64,000 nt of DNA from Opitutales bacterium (GTDB lineage: Bacteria; Verrucomicrobiota; Verrucomicrobiia; Opitutales; UBA2987). The stretch covers positions 192,001 through 256,000 of the forward strand of contig CBDDEL010000017.1 of assembly GCA_965226885.1 (NCBI GenBank). The letters run 5' to 3'. The notes beneath the pieces are model-generated. The model had not been told where the DNA came from and searched no databases. It saw nothing but the letters and a program-made list of their open reading frames with translations. Positions 1 through 10,028 of the stretch are shown here, in pieces. Position 1 is the stretch's first letter. Every line of letters starts with the position of its first letter. The position numbers and the translations under genes were made by a program.

Positions 1-68
1 GGATAAAGGAAATTCTGAAAAAGGACGCTTAGGTCGTGTTTTTAAAATCCAAATGAAGAGTAGATATT

Positions 69-581
69 ATGCCAATTGAAGCTATTATTGGTGATTACGG
101 AACTTTTGTTTCCGGTTTATCGCAGAAACTATATACCGTTGGCATAAATATCAGCAGCATGGAACTCAGCCATATCGCCTACCGCACGGAAACCATTGAA
201 GAATACGAAGTGCTGCGAGATCAAATCGCAGCGTATTGTATCGGAAATGTTGAAAATGTATGGAATGGCCGCCCAATATCAAAGTTGCTGCTTCGAGAAC
301 CCTTAGTCCTCAAAGGCGGATTTGAAGTTTCTCTGATCGAACTTATTCCACCGGTTCATCAACGGCATTATCCGATGGGGATGGAACATATAGGCGTTGT
401 TATTGGAAAAACATTTGAGAAATTTAAAGAACAGCACAAAGAAATTATAACCGGGCAACAAGACCAGGGGCCGTTTTGCTATCCCGTCTATATTACATTT
501 GAAAATAACACTACCGTAAAATTCTATCGCTACTCACTTAAAGACGTGGTGGAAAAGGAAGGGCGAAGTTTTGTCGCTTAA
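69..581 (+). CDS. YecM-like VOC-superfamily metalloprotein
   Basis: Motifs HIAYRT, WNGRPI, IELIPP, MEHIG and VKFY..SL..VVE.E match the YecM family pattern; 170 aa. Confidence 0.75.
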   Translation: MPIEAIIGDYGTFVSGLSQKLYTVGINISSMELSHIAYRTETIEEYEVLRDQIAAYCIGNVENVWNGRPISKLLLREPLVLKGGFEVSLIELIPPVHQRHYPMGMEHIGVVIGKTFEKFKEQHKEIITGQQDQGPFCYPVYITFENNTTVKFYRYSLKDVVEKEGRSFVA

Positions 582-760
582 TCAGGGTAACGTACCAATT
601 TCCACATTCATTTGCTCATCTCAACCGTCCAGTCGGTCCCGGCTTTAATCTTGGAGGCGATGGCAAAATGCCCCTGTTTGATTGCGGCGCTCATGTTGCC
701 TCCTGCATTGACGAAGAGGAGTGGTTCACCCAACGGCACATCGCCAAACGATCTTACATA

Positions 761-2581
761 GAGGCTGTCCCAAAAGGGTGATTTTTGCGAGGGCTTTTGA
801 TAGGCGCTCATTTTAGAGGTATTTGCATTTGGGAGAGTATCAACTTTGCTCTCCTATGACGTTAGGATACTGGTTTTGGGGTCCGGTTGCCTGGTTTTCT
901 TTGTATGAGCCGACAGTAAGGCTGTGAAAAAGTATTGTCCTTGCTTTTCCGCTCTCTAGGTAGGCCGCCGCTTTGGTTTTTAGTTCGTCTTGCTGGGCCA
1001 GCATCTTGGCTACTTTCCATAGGTTGTGCGAGAGTACCGACCAGGCTACGCTGATCGAGCGGTTGGCAAAGCCTTTGCTGCGCAACCGCCCGGCCTGCCA
1101 GCGATTCTTCAATACCCCGATCCGCCCTTCGGTGCTGGCCCGGCGCTTTTGCAATTGTCTGAACAGTGGCTCCTCCATCCGTTTTTTCAACTGCTTCGGA
1201 TCGCGTGGACAGAGCGCGTCGTAGATTCCCTCCTGGGCTAACTGCCGGCGGGCCCGCTGGGAGGCAAATCCCCGGTCCGCGCACATGGCCGCTATGGGTT
1301 CTTCCAGGTTGAAGCGGTTCTGTCTTTGCAAACTCTCTTGCATTTGTTCATTTTCGCTTGGAGTTCGGCTGCCGTAGAGTTTCCAGTCCAGCAGGTACCC
1401 TTCAACGCTTTCTCCCAAAAACAGGGTGTTGCCGAACTCGACCTCTTGGCCCGCTTTACCTCGCACAATCACCTGCCCATCGAGTTCGTAAACACTCAAG
1501 ACTTTCTCTGCGTTTTTCACCTGGCGGCCGCCAATGATCCGCTCGTGCGCCTGTTTGATGACCACCGGGATTTGCTCGCTCATGCGCTCCATCCGGGCGA
1601 GGATCTGTTGGACCTGTTTTTCGCTGTAATCGCTTTGCTCCCAGCAGGCTTGCAATAATTCCCGGTGACTGCGGGCATGCTCCCCGATCCGTTTGAGCAG
1701 CTTTTTCATCTGCCTCAAGATACCCTTGCGCTGCCGCGCGCTGTCCTTTCGCCGCCGGCTGTGGGTCATCTGTATGCACAGCCGATTCATCTGCCGAGCC
1801 AAGGGCTCCGGTTCGATCGGCATGCGATGGCGCAAACCGGCCTTCTCGCGGATCAGCCGGATCGCTTTGAGCAACGTGCCGGCTACATCCTTGAGTAATA
1901 CCCAGTCCGTCGGCCAATGAATGTTAGCCTCCAAACAGGTGCCGTCGATCAGGCAAATGGTGGTGTCAATCGGCTTGTCCAATCCCACCTGCCGGGCCAG
2001 AAGGGCATCGCCCACCACCTCAGTCAAGGTCCGGTGCAAGGCCCTCAACTGCTCTTCGCTGAAAAACTTCGAGGCCCGCTCCAGGGTGCTTTTGGAGATG
2101 CCCCTGATGCCATCGATCTGCCGGACACGGCAAAAGTCGGCCAACAGATCGCTGCTGCCCAGAGCCCGCGACAAATGCCGAAACGAAATCCCTCCGAGCA
2201 GACGGCCCAGCGTATCCATGCGCAGTGCCTTGATGGCAAAACTGGCCCGCTGCCGCCGGGCCTTTAGACCCATTGGCTGCCACCCCTCCAAGGCCAGCTC
2301 AATGGCCTGCGATTCCACCTCCGAGTCGATCAGCAGCCGATCGATTCGATCAATGGTGGCGCGGAAGTTATCGTAATCGAGGCACCGGTCGACCACAGTT
2401 AAAGCTGGACGCAGGAGGCATTGGATGGCTATATTTTTCATAGAAAGGGCTATATTGATTTTCGCTAACTCAATTATAGAACCCTTTTTTGGCCGGATCG
2501 AGCAAAAACTTGCTCTTTCCGGCTCTTTTTATCAACGTCATCCAGTTGACTATAAAATCTTTATATTTTTGGGACAGCCTC
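761..2581 (-). mobile_element. IS5/ISNCY-like insertion sequence, copy 1
   Basis: Terminal IRs GAGGCTGTCCCAAAA / TTTTGGGACAGCCTC; 6-bp TSD TACATA; near-identical to 33064-34880. Confidence 0.93.
840..2441 (-). CDS. DDE transposase (IS5/ISNCY-like), C-terminally extended by a 4-bp duplication that removes the normal stop
   Basis: IDGTCLEANIHWPTD, RGKAGQEVEFG and ADRGF motifs; 533 aa versus 493 aa in copy 2; TAGG duplicated at 957-964. Confidence 0.88.
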   Translation of the reverse strand: MKNIAIQCLLRPALTVVDRCLDYDNFRATIDRIDRLLIDSEVESQAIELALEGWQPMGLKARRQRASFAIKALRMDTLGRLLGGISFRHLSRALGSSDLLADFCRVRQIDGIRGISKSTLERASKFFSEEQLRALHRTLTEVVGDALLARQVGLDKPIDTTICLIDGTCLEANIHWPTDWVLLKDVAGTLLKAIRLIREKAGLRHRMPIEPEPLARQMNRLCIQMTHSRRRKDSARQRKGILRQMKKLLKRIGEHARSHRELLQACWEQSDYSEKQVQQILARMERMSEQIPVVIKQAHERIIGGRQVKNAEKVLSVYELDGQVIVRGKAGQEVEFGNTLFLGESVEGYLLDWKLYGSRTPSENEQMQESLQRQNRFNLEEPIAAMCADRGFASQRARRQLAQEGIYDALCPRDPKQLKKRMEEPLFRQLQKRRASTEGRIGVLKNRWQAGRLRSKGFANRSISVAWSVLSHNLWKVAKMLAQQDELKTKAAAYLESGKARTILFHSLTVGSYKENQATGPQNQYPNVIGEQS

Positions 2582-3393
2582 TACATAAGGAAGTTTACCC
2601 TCCCAGACAAGTTCTCCCCCATGGCGAAAGCCAATCTTAATCTTGTCTCCATAAGCTGCCTCTAATTGAGCAAATAGATGCCTGTCGATATTGAAAGAGA
2701 TATTGCCCAATCGTCCCGTGCCCCCGATCACCACTCCATGAATGACGCCCTCTTTGAAGGAAGCTACGGGGCGTTCCAACGTGATCACTTTGGGTTCCAT
2801 GAGCGGCCCCACTTCTTCAAATGAAATCACTCCGGCAGCCAGTCGAGCACCGGTATAAGAGTAAACATCACGGCCATGAAATGTGTGCGACCACTCGCTG
2901 CCTTTGATCCGATTGACGGATTCGTCGATTTCCCGTACCGCCTCAATCCCAAGCCGCTTGGCTGGCCCTGAAAGCGTACCGTTATCCGGGCTGACAAAAT
3001 AATGCCCGCTTTTGGTTTTCAATACCACCGATCCACCGATTTACGAGCCGTGCCCACACCGGGATCGACGACGGATACGAATACCGTTCCGGGAGGCCAA
3101 TTCGATGAAGAAAACTCCAGGCTGGAGCTTGCCGCATTGATATTATACAAAGGAATAAGCGGCCTGACCTGAAAAATATCGATCTCCTTGCTCACACTAT
3201 AGGCAACTCCCGCCATCGATAACCCTCCGAAATCCGCCTGTAGAATGAGGGCATTCCTGGCCGATACCGGCAGGAGTAAACAAATTAAGCCGCCGACCGT
3301 GAAAAACGTTTTCTGAATCAGTGCTTGGCTCCAGCGAGAACTGGCTGCCTGGTATGAAATGGTGCTTGGATTTTCATATTTATTCATAAGCTT

Positions 3394-5702
3394 CTATTCC
3401 TTTTCGCTCTTTCTGAATTCGACTGTCCAGTCTTCTCCTGTCTCGATATTATACTTTTTAGCAAAACTGGCCTGATTAATAGCTAAGTCGATTGATGTGC
3501 ACTGGAAAAAGTGGACACGAGATTCTCCTAAATGGAGAATCGAAGCATGGGAAGAAGACGCAGTATAGAGTTCAAAAATGAGGCAGTTCAACTGATGATA
3601 CTCGATGGTCTGAGCGCCACCGAGGTATCGACCAAACTTGGGGTCAACACCAACCAATTGTATAGGTGGAAGAGGCTCTATCTGGACGATCAGCAGGGCG
3701 AAGCCACCTCAAAGCGACAGAGCAGTCCGAAGGAGATGGCGGCCGAGATAGATCGTCTTCGCAAAGAGCTGCGCCGCTCGGAGCGGATCAACCAGATACT
3801 AAAAAAAACGGTGGGCTACTTTGCCAAGGACGAACAATGAAGTACCAGTTTGTCAAAGACAACGAGGGGCGCTTCAAGATCGAGGAAATATGCTCGGCGA
3901 TGGGGATTTGTCGCAGTGGCTATTACTGCTGGAGGCCCCGAGCGCCCTCGGCCCGGCGGATCGAGGACGAGGGAATCAAGGGGGCGATCCTGAAGGTACA
4001 CAAAGAGGCCAAGGGCCGCTATGGGCATCGGCCAATGCACCGCCATCTGAAGGATGATGAGGGCATCGATTGCGGCCGTGACCGGGCTCTGCGTCTGATG
4101 CGTGAAATGGGAATCAAAAGCACCCAGAGTAAACGCTTTAAGCCATTAAAAACCAACAGTAACCATCCCTATGGTTACAGCCCCAATGTGCTTAAAAAGC
4201 ATGGCCAGCCGACCCATATCGACGAGGTCTGGGTGGCGGACACGACCTACCTACGGACCCTGGCCGGTTGGATGTACTTGGCCACGGTGATGGACCTGTT
4301 CAGCCGACGCCTGCTGGGCTGGAGCGTTTCCAACCACAACGACGCGAAGCTGGTTGGCAAGGCCCTCAAAGCCGCGGCCATGACCCGCGGCACACTGCGC
4401 ACCGGGATTATTCATCACAGCGATCGGGGCAGCCCCTACGCCAGCGACGACTATCAGAGGCTGGTCTCTGAACTAGGCATGAAGCCGAGCATGAGCGCCC
4501 AAGGCAACTGCTACGACAACGCGGCCATGGAATCGTTCTACGGCCGCTTCAAGACCAGCACGATTCGAGGCCGCCACTTTGCCGACGAGCGCGAACTGCG
4601 ATCAACTGTCTTCGAATACGTGGAAATCTTCTACAACCGATATCGCAAACATTCCTCTCTGAGTTACCAAAGCCCAGTCCAATTCGAGGAAAATATTTGC
4701 CCCCCATGGGGGGCAACGAGAAAACAAAACCCTTTACCAAAACAAGCCGCCTGACACACTAATCAATAAACAATGAATATAAGAGAATCCCGTGTCCAAC
4801 AAATCCAGTACACGTCAGATCAGGTGCGGGGGCGCCGAAGTATGAATTACCATGGGCGCTCCGACGGCCACGTCACCAAAGGTGCGGACGAAGGGTAGAA
4901 CACCTTGGTATTTTATTTCTGCACCCTCTTTAATAACTACATCAACCATCCCTGAATATTCACCGATTCCGAGTTTTGAAAAAAACTTCAAATCCACATT
5001 GGAGCTTACATTGCCGAAAGTATCGATGCCGGTTAATTTTGCAAAGATCGCGTTATGGTGAAACTCCGGTTCGGAGATTGGGGGAAGCGCCACAACTTGA
5101 GGTTCTCTCAAAGGGCCTACCTGCTCATAGCTGATAATTCCCGCGGCCAGACGCGCTCCCGTGTATGAATATACATCCCTGCCGTGAAAGGTGAACGATC
5201 TTTCCGAACCGGCCCTGCGGTTGACCTTTTCGTCGATTTCCCTAACTGTCTCGATGCCCAGTTTCTCCGCCACCAGCATGAGGCTGCCATTATCCGGGCT
5301 GACGATATAGTGACCGCTTTTTGTCCTCAGAACAACCGATCTCCGGGGCGTCCCCACTCCCGGATCGACGACCGAGACAAAGACGGTTCCCTTGGGCCAA
5401 TACTGCACATTCTGAGCCAGACTGCGAGCGCCCTCGCGAATGTCGAAATGCCGAATATTATGCCGGATATCGAAGATTTTAATGTCCCGGCTGACACTGT
5501 GCGCGACCCCTTTCATGATCGCAGCGTAGCTGTCGGTGACTCCGAAATCGGATTGAAAGACAATGGTGCCATTGGGCGAGCCCAAAAGATTCCCGCCAAG
5601 AGTTGAGAGTATAGTCATGATGGTGGCCTGGAAGATACTTATTCTGGATGTTTGGGTCAAAATCATAAAATTGATTTTCGGATTCAGGCCGCCATTGTCC
5701 AT
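3394..5702 (-). pseudogene. SAM hydroxide adenosyltransferase (DUF62), paralog 2, interrupted by IS3
   Basis: QSDFGVTD, VVDPGVGTPRR, PDNG, TFHGRD and DTFGN motifs; removing IS3 and the GAT TSD joins PHLI-DLAINQASF in frame to the stop at 3394. Confidence 0.9.
3493..4817 (+). mobile_element. IS3-family element (orfA 3532-3840, orfB to 4754, -1 frameshift at A8C 3801-3809)
   Basis: TG...CA ends (TGATGTGCACTGG / CCAGTACACGTCA); TSD GAT; WVADTTY, HHSDRGS and DNAAMESF rve motifs. Confidence 0.96.
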
Positions 5703-5773
5703 TACATTTATTTGTACGATTTCAAGATAACCGAATTACCTAACGGCTCCTGTAAATAACCTCGCCTCCTCTA

Positions 5774-6377
5774 TTAAAGAGAGATCGCGTAATCGTAGGA
5801 GATTCGGACAAAACAGTCCAGTGTGCAAACAGGGCTGCAATTGTAAACGGTTACCTTTTTCTCCTTGAGGAGGCGGACTCCGTGGGAAAGCATACGGGCC
5901 ATACGGGGAAATTCGGTTTCCTCATGCCTCCGGGAGTGAAAATCTTGGCCGAAAAAATGAGTATCGGAATCCCGGTGCTTGAGATCCAATCCTAAAAAAA
6001 CAATCTCCTTGAATCCCATATAAACGGCCAATTGGAGGGCCACATAGGAGATTGTATAACCGGAATATACGCCTTCCTCCAGGTCAAAACTGAATCCTTG
6101 CGAGCCAAGCAGCGTCATGGGGGATGCCCCAGGGACGATCTTGCAGAGTAAAGAGGTATCGGGTCTTCAGGTAAAGGTCCTCATACAAATCAAAAAGCCG
6201 GTGATCCATCATGCAATGGTAATGGGTATCGGGAAAGACCAGAAAAGAGCGGTTCAACCCCATTGTCAGCCTCCGCTTCAATAGGCTCAAATCGAGGTCC
6301 CCCAGAGTAGGTCCTGAGGCGAGAATGAACATCCGCTTCCCCCGGTGGATATTTTTGAAGTCCGCAACGTTGCTCAT
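5774..6377 (-). pseudogene. DUF115/Maf-MptE-like (glycosyltransferase-associated) protein, frameshifted
   Basis: FILASGPTL...GLNR in one frame and ALQLAVYMGFKEIVFLGLD in the other; one extra base in the G5 run at 6119-6123. Confidence 0.75.
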
Positions 6378-7183
6378 TGGATTGGGAAGACCTCTTCGGA
6401 ATGAAAGGCAACATATTTCACCATTCGGCGCATGTAAGTGTAAATGCCATGTATCAACCCAACCGTGCCAGCCAGGAAGACCGGGTAGGAGACTTCTTTT
6501 TCGACCTGATCAATGTGCCGTGGCTCGCTCCAGGTGACGCCGCCATTTTCGGAAAAGGAGATGCTCAACGGGTAGTGGCAGTACTCATCGGTGTGGTTAT
6601 AAACCATGCCTATGAGGTTCCCAATGCTGAAAGCGGATATCCCGCTCAAGGGGCAAGGCAGTGGAGTGCGCATCGGTATGGTCCAGGTATTCCCCTCATC
6701 TATGGAGTGGCTTCGCCATATGCGCCGGGGGTCCTCCGTGGGCCTGAAAAAGAGCGCTAGACGGTTGTTCGAATCTCGAATCAGAGAAGGTTGAATTAGC
6801 TCCGGAACCGGATGGTCGAACTTGTAAACCTGCTCCCAATGCCTGGAACTTTTTCTCAAAAGGACACTGCGCTTCCCCTCTTCATCGTGGGCAGGCAGCA
6901 GCGGAGTGGAATCGGCGCAAAAAACCGGATGGTGCCGGATCATTATCCCGCGGGTATGTCCAATTTTTTCTGATGGCCTCCAAGTGTGGCCGTCGTCCTC
7001 GGAGGAGGAAATATACATTTCCGCATCATTCCAATAATTTCGGTTAATAAGCACAAAAAGGAGGGAAATGTGACCGGTATTCGGATCTTGAAAAAGCACT
7101 GGATTACCGGCTGTGAATTTAAATGAATCGAGTAGCGAATGGCTGGGTTGCCATACCTGGGCGCCTTTTGGTTTGCGGGCCAT
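6374..7183 (-). pseudogene. BNR/Asp-box exo-alpha-sialidase-like protein, N-terminus probably removed at IS1380
   Basis: Asp boxes SEDDGHTW, SIDEGNTW and SENGGVTW; GNPVLF and VSYP motifs; ORF begins 6 bp from the IS1380 end. Confidence 0.75.
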
Positions 7184-7189
7184 GACTAG

Positions 7190-8756
7190 CCCGGATATTT
7201 CATGAAGGGTAAAGTTTGGCTCGTTATTGCTATTGGAGATGGATTTCTTTGTATTTTGAGCAGATCGTCTTGATTTTTAGGTGTTTTTCAGGGTGTAGAG
7301 ACACTGCCCCCTTTCCCCCATTGGTTCGGTAGTGCCGGGGGCAGCACCAATGCACCCTTTAGGTTGGCACCAATCGGCGGGCCGCATGGTTGAAAAGACT
7401 GGCCCAAGGATAACTCTCACTTAGGTGAAAGTGAATCGTTCGGGTGTTGCGCACGATGACCGCTCCGATCTTGATTAATTTGAGCCGCAGGGTGTGGCAT
7501 TGGGCCCGCGCCCACTTCGTCCCTTTTAAGGCTAACCGGCGCATGGCTTCCATCAAGGTGTAGGCCAGCGCCGACAAGAGCAATCGCCACTGATTGGCCC
7601 ACCATTGATGGGCGCTGGTGCGCTCGCTGAACAATTGCATCTGTTCCTTGATTCGGTTCTCCATTTCACCGCGGCCACAGTATACCTTGTCGTAAAGCTC
7701 CTGGGGATCGCCCGGCAGGTTCGTCACCACGAAGCGCGGGTTGGACCCCTGTGCGGTGTGTTCGGCTTTATGGATGACCAACCGCAGCCATCGCCACGAA
7801 TCGGCAGCATAGACGAAGTCCTGGAATAACCGTTGTTTTTTACCCCTTAGTTCGAACCATTCTTTGGCCTGCTTTTGCAACTGCTGGGCGTCTTGCTGCA
7901 AGCGTGCATTGCGAGCCATCCCCACGATGTAACTAACTTCGTTGCGGTCGCACCAAGAGAGTATCCGGTCTCGACAAAATCCACTGTCGGCGCGCCAAAT
8001 AATCCGCGTACGGGGCCAGCTTTGGCGAATCCGTTTAACCAGCAATTTGAGGATGGCCCCGGCATGCTTGCTGGCATCGATCTTGCTCGGCCGCAGGTAG
8101 GCCACCAGCAGCTGATCACCGCAAAAAACATATAGCGGCAGAAAACAGTAATGATCATAATAACCGTGGAAAAAACGTCCCTCCTGGAGCCCGTGCACCG
8201 GATTGTCGGTGCCGTCAAAGTCCAGGATGATCTCTTCGGGTTCCTCGGCAAAGGAGCCCATGAACTGTTCGACCAACAGCTCGTTTACCGCAAAGGCCGC
8301 CCGCCGATCCTGCCCGTTTTCAAAACGACACAAAGTCGGCGCGCTGGCCAACGTTTCAATGCGCCCCGTTACCGTTTGCAACAATGGATCGTGGCGCAGG
8401 GTATCAAAGTCGTTCAAATCCTCATAGCCCGCCACCAGCCCGTAAACGCGCTGCCGCAGCATCCCCAAGACCTCATGGCGTACTTTGCCCTTCTGCCGTT
8501 TGTCCACTAACTGTCGGGCCGCTCGTTCGGTCAAGCCCAACTGCCGATCCACTTCCCGGATCAAAAGCAGTCCGGCATCCGAAGTAACCTCTCCGCCCTT
8601 GAAATCAACCCGCACACGGCGGCCTTTTACCCTTGTCAACTGTAGCTTTAATTGTTTACCTTTTGTCATCGCTGATATTGCTTTAATTATTGATCTATCC
8701 TGCTGTATATCAGCAGTTAAGCATATCAACGATACTTTTTTTACGAAATATCCGGG
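7190..8756 (-). mobile_element. IS1380-family element, divergent isoform (transposase 8669-7359)
   Basis: IRs CCCGGATATTTC / GAAATATCCGGG flanked by CTAG; TSDAG, LDFDGTD, RADSGF and RGEMENRIKE motifs. Confidence 0.95.
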
Positions 8757-9101
8757 CTAGGCATGAAGCCGAGCATGAGCGCCCAAGGCAACTGCTACGA
8801 CAACGCGGCCATGGAATCGTTCTACGGCCGCTTCAAGACCAGCACGATTCGAGGCCGCCACTTTGCCGACGAGCGCGAACTGCGATCAACTGTCTTCGAA
8901 TACGTGGAAATCTTCTACAACCGATATCGCAAACATTCCTCTCTGAGTTACCAAAGCCCAGTCCAATTCGAGGAAAATATTTGCCCCCCATGGGGGGCAA
9001 CGAGAAAACAAAACCCTTTACCAAAACAAGCCGCCTGACACACTAATCAATAAACAATGAATATAAGAGAATCCCGTGTCCAACAAATCCAGTACACGTC
9101 A
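8757..9101 (+). mobile_element. IS3 3'-terminal fragment
   Basis: Matches the last ~345 bp of 3493-4817, starting at its internal CTAG. Confidence 0.93.
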
Positions 9102-9914
9102 GGATATTATTGCCTTCAACAAATAAATCAATTTTTGACAAGCTCCGGCAGCCGTATCGAGGGTTTCCTGGTGTGTTAGGGGATAGTCCTGCATTCCCGC
9201 GCCCATGTTGGTCAAACAGGAAAGGCCCAAAACCTGGAGACCACAGTGAACCGCCGTAATAACCTCCAGCACAGCGGAAAAGCCAACCGTGTCGGCGCCC
9301 AACACCCTGAGAGCTCGTATTTCGGCCGGAGTTTCAAAAGAAGGACCCGCCAAACCGGCATAAACCCCCTCCTGCAGCTCAATCCCTTCCGCCGCCGCAA
9401 TGCTTTTTACCTTGTCCCGCAAACGCCCCGAAAAGGCATCGCTCATGTCCGGGAAACGGGTTCCCCATGCATCGCAATTCGAACCCATGAGCGGATTGTC
9501 CGCCATCAGGTTGAGGTGGTCGGTCATGAGCAAAATTTCGCCGGGCCGGTAATTTTCATTGATCGCGCCGGAGGCATTGGTAATGATGAGGGTCTCAATG
9601 CCCAATCCCCTGATAACGCGAACGGGCAGCGTCAACTGCTGCATCGAATACCCCTCGAAACGATGAAAACGCCCTTGCAGTACTAAGACCGCCCTGCCCT
9701 GCAGCCTGCCGATCATTAATCGCCCCGCATGACCTTCCACCGTGGATTGCAAAAATCCGGGAATTTCCGCGTAAGGAAAAATGTCGGCCTCTTCGATTTC
9801 TTCACCCACGGTGCCCAGCCCGGAACCCAGAATGAGGCCGATTTCGGGTTTATACTTGCTATGGGGCGCTATCCAATTAGTAGCTGTGGCAATATTTTCG
9901 ATCAGGTTTTTCAT
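9099..9914 (-). CDS. punA: Purine-nucleoside phosphorylase (trimeric PunA/XapA type); stop codon supplied by the IS3 end
   Basis: ILGSGLG, STVEGHAG, QGRFH, TNASG, GPSFETPAE and TNM motifs. Confidence 0.9.
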   Translation of the reverse strand: MKNLIENIATATNWIAPHSKYKPEIGLILGSGLGTVGEEIEEADIFPYAEIPGFLQSTVEGHAGRLMIGRLQGRAVLVLQGRFHRFEGYSMQQLTLPVRVIRGLGIETLIITNASGAINENYRPGEILLMTDHLNLMADNPLMGSNCDAWGTRFPDMSDAFSGRLRDKVKSIAAAEGIELQEGVYAGLAGPSFETPAEIRALRVLGADTVGFSAVLEVITAVHCGLQVLGLSCLTNMGAGMQDYPLTHQETLDTAAGACQKLIYLLKAIIS

Positions 9915-10028
9915 ATGCCCGAACCGGAGATTTTCAATGTTTCTTGCAGATTGGACAAAGTTAGCTTGCATGCGATGAAAAAACGATGTTTTCCCATTGG
10001 GCTTAGGCTCCTCTTTTAATTTTCAAAA

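Larger units (their letters stand above)
608..3387 (-). pseudogene. SAM hydroxide adenosyltransferase (DUF62 SAM hydrolase/halogenase family), paralog 1, with signal-peptide-like N-terminus
   Basis: QADFG, VVDPGVGTAR, PDNG and TFHGRD motifs. Broken by an 8-bp duplication (3025-3040) and an IS at 761-2581; removing IS+TSD rejoins KLPYV-RSFGDV in frame. Confidence 0.9.

Noticed and set aside
840..2441. 533-aa transposase as a distinct protein
   Set aside because: The extension is caused by the 4-bp TAGG duplication at the stop; copy 2 gives the true 493-aa length.
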